The notes beneath the pieces are model-generated. The model saw nothing but the letters and a program-made list of their open reading frames with translations. It ran no database searches and was not told the origin of the DNA. The position numbers were made by a program, and so were the translations under genes. Below, in pieces: positions 15,852 through 23,716 of a stretch of 32,000 bases of DNA; position 1 is the first letter of the stretch, and the number at the start of each line of letters is the position of its first letter. The stretch comes from Edaphobacter aggregans (GTDB lineage Bacteria; Acidobacteriota; Terriglobia; Terriglobales; Acidobacteriaceae), in assembly GCF_003945235.1 (NCBI RefSeq), contig NZ_RSDW01000001.1:2070001-2102000 (forward strand). Direction: 5' to 3'.

Positions 15852-17281
15852 GTACAGTTCGGGAAAAGCTAGTCGTGATGAAGTTCGGCGGAACGTCGGT
15901 CGAGGATGCGAAGGCGATCGAACGGACGGCGGCGGTTGTGGGTGGACGCAGGAAGCGCGGGCTCGAGACCGTGGTTGTTGTCTCGGCCATGGCGAAGGTG
16001 ACCGATCAGTTGCTGGCTGCCGCGAGTGCAGCAGGACGTGGCGACAAGGCTGGCGCTTTGGCGATCAGTGCGAGGCTGCGGCACAGGCATATCGATACGA
16101 CGGCAGAGCTGCTGGAGAACGGGCGGTTTGTCGCGATACAGCCTGCGCTGAATCTGGAGTTCGATTCGTTGGATGATTTGCTGCGAGGTATCGCTGCGGT
16201 GGGTGAGTTGACTCCGCGGACGAATGACTTGGTGGTGAGCTTCGGCGAGAGGCTTTCGAGCAAGATTGTGGCGGAAGCTTTTGAGCAGCGTGGGATGAAT
16301 GGCGCTCATGTTGATGCTCGCACGTGCGTTATTACTGATAGCAACTATGGCAAGGCAGCTCCGCTGGAGGACGAGATCGAGAAGAAGCTCACGGAGCTGG
16401 TGCTGCCGCTAATTGTGGCGGGGAAGACTCCGGTGATGGGCGGATTTATTGGCTCGAATGTCGAAGGCATTACGACAACGCTGGGGCGCGGCGGAAGTGA
16501 CTATACGGCGGCCCTGGTGGGCGGTGGTCTGCATGCCGGAGCGATTGAGATATGGACCGACGTCAACGGAATTATGACCACCGATCCGCGGATCTGTCCG
16601 GATGCGCTGCGGGTAAAGGCGATCAGCTTTGAAGAGGCGGCTGAGCTTGCTTACTTTGGAGCGAAGGTGCTGCATCCAGCGACGATTCTGCCGGCGGTTC
16701 AGAAGAGCATTCCGGTGTGGGTGTTGAACTCGCGCAATGCGGAGAATGAAGGCACGAAGATCACGGCGGTGGCGGCGAAGTGCAAGAATCCGTTCAAGAG
16801 CATCGCGGCGAAGAAGCGGTTGACGATCATCGACATTGTGGCGAGCCGGATGCTGATGTCGCACGGGTATCTGAAGGCCGTGTTCGATGTGTTCGACAAG
16901 TACAAGTGCGCCATCGATATGGTTTCGACGAGTGAGGTGAGCATCTCGCTAACGGTTGATTCGAATGAACGGCTGCCGGAGATCTGTTCGGAGCTGGCCA
17001 AGATTGCCGATGTGAAGCTTGAGGGCCACAAGGCATTGGTTTGCCTGGTGGGCGAGGATATTCGCGGGCATAACGGCATTGCAGGGCAGGTCTTTTCGGC
17101 GATCAGCCATGTGAATGTGCGGATGATTTCGCAGGGGGCAAGCGAGATCAACATGAGCTTTATGATCGACGAGGAAGATGTGGATGAGGCGGTGCGGAGT
17201 TTGCACGGATACTTCTTCGCGAATCCTGATGAGACGGTGTTTGATGTCGCGGCGCGCGTACCGGTCGAGAGCAAGGTTTAG
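15848..17281 (+). CDS. lysC: aspartate kinase
   Basis: LVVMKFGGTSV is followed by the kinase core, then C-terminal ACT-type regulatory repeats (KALVCLVGEDI..., VRMISQGASEINMSFMI). The TTG start overlaps the asd TGA (TTGA at 15848-15851). Confidence 0.95.
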   Translation: MSTVREKLVVMKFGGTSVEDAKAIERTAAVVGGRRKRGLETVVVVSAMAKVTDQLLAAASAAGRGDKAGALAISARLRHRHIDTTAELLENGRFVAIQPALNLEFDSLDDLLRGIAAVGELTPRTNDLVVSFGERLSSKIVAEAFEQRGMNGAHVDARTCVITDSNYGKAAPLEDEIEKKLTELVLPLIVAGKTPVMGGFIGSNVEGITTTLGRGGSDYTAALVGGGLHAGAIEIWTDVNGIMTTDPRICPDALRVKAISFEEAAELAYFGAKVLHPATILPAVQKSIPVWVLNSRNAENEGTKITAVAAKCKNPFKSIAAKKRLTIIDIVASRMLMSHGYLKAVFDVFDKYKCAIDMVSTSEVSISLTVDSNERLPEICSELAKIADVKLEGHKALVCLVGEDIRGHNGIAGQVFSAISHVNVRMISQGASEINMSFMIDEEDVDEAVRSLHGYFFANPDETVFDVAARVPVESKV

Positions 17282-17292
17282 GAAAGGGACGC

Positions 17293-17979
17293 ATGCGGGT
17301 ACTGGTTCTGGGACAGGGCAAGACGGGGAAGCTGGTGGCCGAGGTTGCGGCTGAGCGCGGCCACAGCGTGCATGTGCTCGATGCTAAAGAGAATGCGAAT
17401 GCTTCGGCACTGACGCCGCCGTTTGTGGCGGGGTTTGATGTGGTGATCGACTTCACGTCCCCCGAGGCTGTGGTGCAGAACATGAAGGCGGTGCTGGCGA
17501 CCGGCGCGAAGATGGTGGTCGGCACGACAGGCTGGTACGACAGACTGCAGAACGCTCGCGAGCTTGTGGAACGCAAGCAGGCCGGGCTGCTTTATGGGAC
17601 GAATTTCTCCATCGGTGTGCAGGTGATGCTGCAGCTGGCTTCGAAGATGGGCGAGCTGCTGAAGAGTGCCGGATATAAATTTTCGATCGAAGAGACTCAC
17701 CATGTCACGAAGCTGGATTCGCCTTCTGGGACAGCGATTAGTCTGTCCGAGGTGGTGAAACGGTCGACGGGGATAGGCGAAGTTCCGATTACGGCTCATC
17801 GCGTGGGTGATGCCGCGGGGACGCATGTTCTTGAGGCGAAGAGCGACGCGGATAAGTTGGTGCTGACGCATGAGTCGTACTCGCGGCGTAGTTTTGCTGA
17901 GGGCGCGGTGCGGGCGGCTGAGTGGTTGTCGACACGGACGGGCTGCTACGACTTTCAGGATGTTTATTCGCAGATGTAG
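17293..17979 (+). CDS. dapB: 4-hydroxy-tetrahydrodipicolinate reductase (short form)
   Basis: MRVLVLGQGKTGK dinucleotide fold and the signature EETHHVTKLDSPSGTA (E-x-HH-x-x-K-x-D-x-PSGTA). Confidence 0.9.
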   Translation: MRVLVLGQGKTGKLVAEVAAERGHSVHVLDAKENANASALTPPFVAGFDVVIDFTSPEAVVQNMKAVLATGAKMVVGTTGWYDRLQNARELVERKQAGLLYGTNFSIGVQVMLQLASKMGELLKSAGYKFSIEETHHVTKLDSPSGTAISLSEVVKRSTGIGEVPITAHRVGDAAGTHVLEAKSDADKLVLTHESYSRRSFAEGAVRAAEWLSTRTGCYDFQDVYSQM

Positions 17980-18015
17980 GTGCGGGTTGCGTTTGGTCGG
18001 AATGGAAGGATGATC

Positions 18016-19284
18016 ATGAGTGTTGCAGAAGCAGTAGTGACCACGAAGTTTTCTGATTTGACATTGGATGGGAAGCTGGACCGGCTGGCTGAGGTTGCCG
18101 TGCGGGTTGGGCTGGGGCTGCGTGCTGGACAGGAGCTGATCATGTCGTCCCCCATGGAGGCGCTGCCGCTGGCGCGCAAGATTACCGAGCAGGCTTATAA
18201 GGCTGGGGCGCTGCTGGTGACGACGTTCTACTCGGACGATCCGAGCGTGTTGGCGCGGTATGAGTATGGGCCGGATGCGAGTTTTGATTTTGCTCCGGTT
18301 TGGTTGCAGGATGGGATTGCGGCTGGATTCAAGAGTGGGGCAGCGCGGCTGGCGATTGCGGGTGGAAATCCGGCGCTGCTGGCTAAGCAGGATCCAGCGA
18401 AAGTGGCTCGGGCGAATGTTGCGGCTTCGAAAGCAGGTAAGCCGGCCATGGAGCTGATCACTCGGCACGAGATCAACTGGACGATTGTGGCTTGTGCGAC
18501 GCCGGAGTGGGCGAAGCTGGTGTTTCCGGGTGAGCCGGAGGATGTTGCGGTGGCGAAGCTCTGGGAGGCTATCTTTGTTTCGTCTCGCGTGAATGTGGAT
18601 GATCCGGTTGTAGAGTGGCAGCAGCATGGAGAACGGCTGAAGAAGCGCGTAGATATGCTGAATGCGAAGCGGTATTCGGCGTTGCACTTCAAGAGCCCGG
18701 TGACGGATCTGACGGTTGGGTTGGCGGACGATCATCTGTGGGCTGGAGGCGGGACTACGGCGGGCAATGGGGTGTACTGCCAGCCGAATATTCCGACCGA
18801 GGAGTGCTTTACGACTCCGCATAAAGATCGCGTGGATGGAACGGTGCGGGCTTCGAAGCCTCTGTCGCACCAAGGTACGTTGATTGAGAATATCGAGGTG
18901 CGGTTTGAGGGCGGGAGGATCGTCGAGGCGAAGGCTACGGCGGGTGAGGATGTTTTGAACCGGCTAATCTCGACCGATGATGGCGCTCGGCGGCTTGGTG
19001 AGGTCGCGCTGGTGCCACATGGTTCGCCGATTGCGCAGAGTGGGGTGCTGTTCTGGAACACGCTGTTCGATGAGAATGCGGCGAGCCATATTGCGCTGGG
19101 GCAGGCCTATTCGACGTGCATCCTCGGCGGCGAGAAGATGGATGCGGCGGAGTTGGCGGCGCGTGGGGCTAACGAGAGCCTGATCCATGTGGACTGGATG
19201 ATCGGGTCGGGCGAGATGGATGTGGATGGTATCGCGGCGGATGGTACGGCGGAGCCGTTGATGCGCAAGGGTGAGTGGGTGTAG
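18016..19284 (+). CDS. M29-family aminopeptidase (AmpS/PepS/aminopeptidase T-like)
   Basis: TLFDENAASHIALGQAY and NESLIHVDWMIGS are typical M29 metal-site regions. I prefer ATG 18016, preceded by GGAAGGA. The track start at 17980 abuts the dapB stop. Confidence 0.85.
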   Translation: MSVAEAVVTTKFSDLTLDGKLDRLAEVAVRVGLGLRAGQELIMSSPMEALPLARKITEQAYKAGALLVTTFYSDDPSVLARYEYGPDASFDFAPVWLQDGIAAGFKSGAARLAIAGGNPALLAKQDPAKVARANVAASKAGKPAMELITRHEINWTIVACATPEWAKLVFPGEPEDVAVAKLWEAIFVSSRVNVDDPVVEWQQHGERLKKRVDMLNAKRYSALHFKSPVTDLTVGLADDHLWAGGGTTAGNGVYCQPNIPTEECFTTPHKDRVDGTVRASKPLSHQGTLIENIEVRFEGGRIVEAKATAGEDVLNRLISTDDGARRLGEVALVPHGSPIAQSGVLFWNTLFDENAASHIALGQAYSTCILGGEKMDAAELAARGANESLIHVDWMIGSGEMDVDGIAADGTAEPLMRKGEWV

Positions 19285-19289
19285 ACGAA

Positions 19290-19334
19290 GCGGCCCGGTC
19301 GCCGAGGATATGGCGAACCGGGCCTTTGGTTGTT
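19290..19334. terminator. rho-independent-type hairpin between convergent genes
   Basis: GGCCCGGTCGCC (19292-19303), loop GAGGATAT, then GGCGAACCGGGCC (19312-19324) with one bulge, followed by TTTGGTTGTT. Confidence 0.6.
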
Positions 19335-19655
19335 ATTCGTTGCAGGACTCATCTTCCTCAGAATCACTTTCAACTTTGACCGTTGTGAGGAAGCCTACGG
19401 TCTTGTAGGTGTTCTTCGGAGTGACGGGCAAGGCGAGCTTTTCCATCTGCTCCCAGGTGGGGCGTGCCTTGTCGTAGTGGTTCGAACACGACTTGACCTT
19501 GAAGGGATGAACAAGGCGCGGTCGTAGGACGCATAGGTGCAAAGCACGGTCGCTTCAGAGTCGCGATAACCTTCGACGATATGCGCGTGAGTGCATGTGT
19601 TGCACAAGGACGTGGCGCCGATCGGCGTGCCGTTCTTGACGTAGATACTGCCCAT
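19333..19655 (-). pseudogene. small Cys/His-rich protein gene interrupted by a -1 frame break
   Basis: ATG 19655 is preceded by GAAAGG. It encodes MGSIYVKNGTPIGATSLCNTCTHAHIVEGYRDSEATVLCTYASYDRALFIP, after which the frame degenerates into an R/S/T/P-rich tail. Protein-like sequence continues in the -1 frame (FKVKSCSNHYDKARPTWEQMEKLALPVTPKNTYKTVGFLTTVKVESDSEEDESCNE, stop at 19333-19335). The junction is at the GGG/CCC run 19504-19506. Confidence 0.55.
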
Positions 19656-19850
19656 AACAGACCTTTCTAACCAGCGGGGGCGCTGGGGGCATAGGACCAA
19701 AGCGAACTTTGGCGCATGATGCGCTTCCTTGCTGCGAGGCATCGGTGTTCCTAGCTTGGTCGATTGATTTGAAAAAGAGCGCTTCCCTGCTCCGGCCGTG
19801 GCTGGCGGAAGGATGGGCGCGCTTCAGTTTTGCGTGGAAGTCAGCTGAGT

Positions 19851-19937
19851 TTAGCTGTAAAGAAAGCAGGCTGCCCGGCTAATTCGTACATTGAACAGAC
19901 GTATGTCGCGCAGGCGAGCTTGCGTGTTTTTTGTCAT
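19851..19937 (-). CDS. candidate 28-codon small ORF (MTKNTQARLRDIRLFNVRISRAACFLYS)
   Basis: AGGAGGA (complement of 19944-19950) sits exactly 6 nt upstream of the ATG (19937..19935), in an otherwise non-coding AT-rich spacer. There is no other support. Confidence 0.3.
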   Translation of the reverse strand: MTKNTQARLRDIRLFNVRISRAACFLYS

Positions 19938-20283
19938 CGGGCATCCTCCTTTTCGAGAAGTTAATATCTCATGCGCCTGACTCCGAGACAAGATATTTCG
20001 TGTCGTTGGAATGTATGTAGCTGCAAAACAGGCGTCTATAGCAGGTTTTAGTGACTGATAGAAAAATTTTCGTGGTATTTGCAGGGAATTCGCGCTACAT
20101 TGAGACTCAACGCGTATCCGGTTCGTCTGTATTCGTGTTTCCGCCAAAAGTTATTGCTGCTGAGTGAGTTCATCCGCCGGCAGGGAATATGTATCTGGTC
20201 CGCAGTCGGTATTCGTCCTTCTGTCGTTGCGTTATCGCATTCCTACATCTCAACCGCAGTTTATTCGTAGAGGAGAACCACAT

Positions 20284-21576
20284 ATGAATTCCGCTAACAG
20301 CACAGGTGTATCGCGCAGATCGTTCATGCGCATTCTTGGGGCAGCCTCGGCAGCCGCTACCACGTTTCCGGCGCTTGCCGCAGCGCAGAACGCCGCTGCT
20401 GCTCCAGCGCAGAGCGGGCGTCGCGGCATGGGAGGCATGTCGGATATGGGCGAGACGCGTCAGCTTTCGGCTGACACGGTCATCATCAGCTCGAATGAAA
20501 ACCCGCTGGGGCCAGCGAAATCCGCGCTGGATGCGATCTGTACCACTGCCCCGTTGGGGGGCCGCTATCACTTTGACGAGACGATGAAGACGTTGACGGT
20601 CTTCAACGAGCTGTTTGGTTTGCCGAAAGCTGGGCCCAAGCAGCCTAGCTACTCGGCGCTGTTTCCTGGGTCGGGCGGGCCTCTGGATCTGGCGCTGATG
20701 TCGAATATTGGGCCGGACAAGCCGCTGGTCTACGGCGACCCAAGCTATGAGCAGGGCTTCCGTGCGGCCGACGCGATGAAGGCTCCGAAGTTTCCTGTTC
20801 CGCTGACCGCCACCTATGCTCATGACGTGAAGGCGATGCTGAAGGCGCATCCGTCGCCCGGTGCGTACTACATTGTGAATCCGAACAATCCGACCGGCAC
20901 GATGACACCGAAGGAAGACATCGTCTGGCTGCTGAACAATAAGCCGGCGGGCTCGGTCGTGATCGTCGACGAGGCGTACCACCACTTTTCGAACGATGAG
21001 TCGTGCATCGATCTGGTGGCGAAGGACAAGGACATTATCGTGATGCGGACGTTCTCGAAGATATACGGCATGGCCGGTCTGCGCGCAGGTTTTGCGGTTG
21101 CGCGACCCGATTTGCTGCAGAAGTTCCAGACTGTCTCTCCGGCTGGACGCAGCCTGGCGAGCATCTCGATCACGAGTTCTGCTGGTGCACGGGCCAGCCT
21201 GCTGGACAAGGACTTGGTGCCGCTGCGGAAGAAGATCAACTCGGACATCCGCTCGGAGACACTGGAGTTCCTGACGAAGAAGGGCTACAAGATCGTTCCG
21301 GGATCGCAGGGCAACATGTTCATGGTGGATGTGAAGCGTCCGGGCAAGGAATTCCAGCAGGCGATGTTGAAGGAGAACGTTGCGATTGGACGCTCGTGGC
21401 CCGCAATGCCGAACTATGTGCGCGTCACCGTCGGCACGAAGGCGGAGATGGAGAAGTTCCAGACTGCCTTCGTCAAGTGCATGGATATGGCACCGGGAAC
21501 GGTGAACGGCGCATCGTTGTACATGCCGGAGTACCATGTGCCTTCGGAGCTGTATCGCGGCATGAGCGCAGTTTAG
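20284..21576 (+). CDS. class I/II PLP-dependent aminotransferase (HisC-like) with Tat signal peptide
   Basis: GAGGAG lies upstream of ATG 20284. The N-terminus MNSANSTGVSRRSFMRILGAASAAATTFPALAAAQ carries an SRRxFxxxL Tat motif, a hydrophobic region and AxA. Aminotransferase motifs are present: SSNENPLGP, YGDPSYEQG, NPNNPTG, VIVDEAYHHF and RTFSKIYGMAGLRAGF (PLP lysine). Confidence 0.9.
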   Translation: MNSANSTGVSRRSFMRILGAASAAATTFPALAAAQNAAAAPAQSGRRGMGGMSDMGETRQLSADTVIISSNENPLGPAKSALDAICTTAPLGGRYHFDETMKTLTVFNELFGLPKAGPKQPSYSALFPGSGGPLDLALMSNIGPDKPLVYGDPSYEQGFRAADAMKAPKFPVPLTATYAHDVKAMLKAHPSPGAYYIVNPNNPTGTMTPKEDIVWLLNNKPAGSVVIVDEAYHHFSNDESCIDLVAKDKDIIVMRTFSKIYGMAGLRAGFAVARPDLLQKFQTVSPAGRSLASISITSSAGARASLLDKDLVPLRKKINSDIRSETLEFLTKKGYKIVPGSQGNMFMVDVKRPGKEFQQAMLKENVAIGRSWPAMPNYVRVTVGTKAEMEKFQTAFVKCMDMAPGTVNGASLYMPEYHVPSELYRGMSAV

Positions 21577-21594
21577 TTGCTGACTGGCGGAGAA

Positions 21595-21630
21595 GGGGCC
21601 TCGGCGGGACGCTGCCGGGGCCTTTTTCTG
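21595..21630 (+). terminator. rho-independent terminator
   Basis: GGCCTCGGC (21597-21605), 8-nt loop, then GCCGGGGCC (21614-21622) with one G-U pair, followed by TTTTTCT. Confidence 0.65.
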
Positions 21631-21699
21631 TGGCCGCTTCAAATTGGTTTCGGGAGACGATGAAATCCATAGGCGCTAAGCTGTAAACTTGCAATCATT

Positions 21700-22605
21700 A
21701 TGGATTTGATGGGTTGTGGAACGGCGCTGGTAACTCCCTTCCGGAGGGATGGCGCGATTGACGAGCCGGCGCTTCAGTCGCTGGTGAATTGGCAGATCGA
21801 GAGTGGAATTAATTTTTTGATTCCTTGCGGGACGACGGGTGAAGCTGCAACGTTGAGCGAGGTCGAGTGGCTGCGGGTGATCGAGGTCGTAGTTGAGGCG
21901 GCGGCAGGGCGGGTGCCAGTGTTTGCAGGCTGCACGCACAATGCTACGCATGAAGCAGTTGCGCGGGCGAAGAAGCTTCATCGGGTGCGTGGGCTGACGG
22001 GCGTTCTGACGGCGAATCCTTATTACAACAAGCCGGGTCAGGAGGGGCAGTATCACCACTTTCGGGCGATCGCTGAGGCGACCGACCTGCCGGTGCTGCT
22101 GTACAACATTCCGGGGCGAACGGGCGCGAATCTGGAGCCGGCGACCGTGCTGCGGTTGGCTGAGTTGAAGAACGTGATTGGCATCAAGGAATCGAGCGGG
22201 AATATTGCGCAAATTACGGAGCTGATTACGACTGCTCCGCAGGGTTTTAAAGTTTTTGCCGGGGACGACTCGGTTGCGCTGCCGGTGATTGCGCTGGGCG
22301 GGGCGGGGTTGGTGTCGGTGGCTTCGAACGTGATTCCGGGGCAGATGTCGCGGATGGTGCGGGCTGCGCTGGATAACGACTGGGCGACAGCGCGGAGAAT
22401 TAATCGGGAATTTTTCCGGCTGATGCAGGCGCACTTCTGGGAGGCTAGTCCGGCTCCGGTGAAGGCTGTGCTTGCGATGATTGGGCGGGGTGAGGATGTG
22501 CTTCGTCTGCCTATGGTTCCTGTGTCGGATGGCACTCGGGGCAAGTTGGAGAAGTTGCTGAGCGAGCTTGGATTGCTGGTTGGTGTTGTGGCTGGCCGGT
22601 CGTAA
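21700..22605 (+). CDS. dapA: 4-hydroxy-tetrahydrodipicolinate synthase
   Basis: GTALVTPF, PCGTTGEAATLS, YYNKP and the Schiff-base region GIKESSG. This is canonical DapA. Confidence 0.95.
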   Translation: MDLMGCGTALVTPFRRDGAIDEPALQSLVNWQIESGINFLIPCGTTGEAATLSEVEWLRVIEVVVEAAAGRVPVFAGCTHNATHEAVARAKKLHRVRGLTGVLTANPYYNKPGQEGQYHHFRAIAEATDLPVLLYNIPGRTGANLEPATVLRLAELKNVIGIKESSGNIAQITELITTAPQGFKVFAGDDSVALPVIALGGAGLVSVASNVIPGQMSRMVRAALDNDWATARRINREFFRLMQAHFWEASPAPVKAVLAMIGRGEDVLRLPMVPVSDGTRGKLEKLLSELGLLVGVVAGRS

Positions 22606-22629
22606 ATAACTGATAAGAAAAGGTGATGT

Positions 22630-23472
22630 GTGAGTTTGCAAGGGCGGATTGAGTATTGGTTTGCGCAGGGTGCGGCAGCGGTGGGGAATGGTGAGGCTGA
22701 GGCAGTTTTTTTTGAGCTGCGGAGTGCGCTGGAGAGTGGCGAGTTGCGGTCGGCGGAGCCCGATGCTTCTGAGCCGCTTGGTTGGCGGGTGAATGCGTGG
22801 GTGAAACGTGGGATTTTGCTGGGGTTTCGGCTTGGGGCGCTGGCGGAGATGGGGTGTCCGGAGGGGTTTGCGTTTGTGGATAAGGCGACTTATCCGGCCC
22901 GGCGGTTTACGGTTGCCGATGGGGTGCGGGTGGTCCCGGGCGGGTCGAGTGTGCGGTCTGGAGCCTATGTTTCTAAAGGAGTTGTGGTGATGCCGCCGGC
23001 TTATGTGAACGTCGGGGCTTATGTGGATGAGGGGACGATGGTGGACTCTCATGCGCTGGTGGGGAGTTGTGCGCAGATTGGGAAGCGGGTGCATCTGAGT
23101 GCGGCGGCGCAGATTGGTGGCGTGCTGGAACCGGTGAACGCTAGCCCCGTCATTATTGAGGATGATGTGCTGGTGGGTGGAAACACCGGGGTTTATGAGG
23201 GGACGGTGGTGCGGAAGCGCGCTGTGATTGCGGCTGGGACGGTGTTGACGCGGGGGACTCCGGTGTATGACCTGGTGCGGGGTGAGGTTTACAAGGCTAC
23301 GGCTGAGTCTCCGCTGGTGATTCCTGAGGGTGCTGTGGTGGTGCCCGGGTCGCGGGCGGTTACGAAGGGCAAGGGCGCGGAGTGGGGGCTTAGTGTGGCG
23401 GCTCCGGTGATTGTTAAATATCGGGACGAGAAGACTGAGCTTTCGCTGGTTTTGGAAGATATTCTGCGGTAG
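22630..23472 (+). CDS. dapD: 2,3,4,5-tetrahydropyridine-2,6-dicarboxylate N-succinyltransferase
   Basis: The hexapeptide-repeat core [44 protein letters not shown] is nearly collinear with E. coli DapD. The GTG start is preceded by AAAGGTGA. Confidence 0.9.
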   Translation: MSLQGRIEYWFAQGAAAVGNGEAEAVFFELRSALESGELRSAEPDASEPLGWRVNAWVKRGILLGFRLGALAEMGCPEGFAFVDKATYPARRFTVADGVRVVPGGSSVRSGAYVSKGVVVMPPAYVNVGAYVDEGTMVDSHALVGSCAQIGKRVHLSAAAQIGGVLEPVNASPVIIEDDVLVGGNTGVYEGTVVRKRAVIAAGTVLTRGTPVYDLVRGEVYKATAESPLVIPEGAVVVPGSRAVTKGKGAEWGLSVAAPVIVKYRDEKTELSLVLEDILR

Positions 23473-23497
23473 CTGGGCGGTAACTGATGGTTAAAAG

Positions 23498-23531
23498 CGT
23501 GGCAACCGTGGATAGCGGATGCCATGTTTTT
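23498..23531 (+). terminator. probable terminator after dapD
   Basis: CGTGGCAACCG / CGGATGCCATG stem (one mismatch, one G-U pair) with loop TGGATAG, followed by TTTTTG. Confidence 0.5.
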
Positions 23532-23716
23532 GTGTGGACTCGGACAGGAGAGCATACCCCAGGGGCTAAAGCCCCTCTCGCTTGCCTGATCCAAAGAGAC
23601 CCAAGGCTAAGCCCGGGGTACCTAGATGCGACGACGGATTTGCCACCCAGGGACCTTCAGTGTTTCGTCCTGCGATGGGGTCTCATGCAAAGTGCGGCCA
23701 TGTATCATGCTCGCGT

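Noticed and set aside
17278-18873. 531-aa antisense ORF across dapB and the M29 peptidase. Similar long antisense ORFs occur at 21676-23094, 27952-29025, 8275-9186, 9059-10231 and 13373-14143.
   Set aside because: All are R/H/P/Q-rich low-complexity translations opposite well-supported genes. These are classic high-GC shadow ORFs.
19495-19545. Programmed -1 ribosomal frameshift in the small Cys-rich gene
   Set aside because: There is no X-XXY-YYZ slippery heptamer at the junction (…TTC ATC CCT TCA…) and no obvious downstream pseudoknot. An indel in the C3/G3 run is the simpler explanation.
20284-21576. Calling the aminotransferase DapC (N-succinyl-DAP aminotransferase) because it sits beside dapA-dapD
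   Set aside because: The strong Tat signal predicts a periplasmic location, which is incompatible with a cytoplasmic lysine pathway step. The gene is also separated from dapA by a terminator. It remains a hypothesis to test.
20170-21642. 490-aa antisense ORF across the aminotransferase gene
   Set aside because: It is an Arg/His/Leu-rich shadow ORF with no motifs. The plus-strand frame carries unmistakable PLP aminotransferase signatures.
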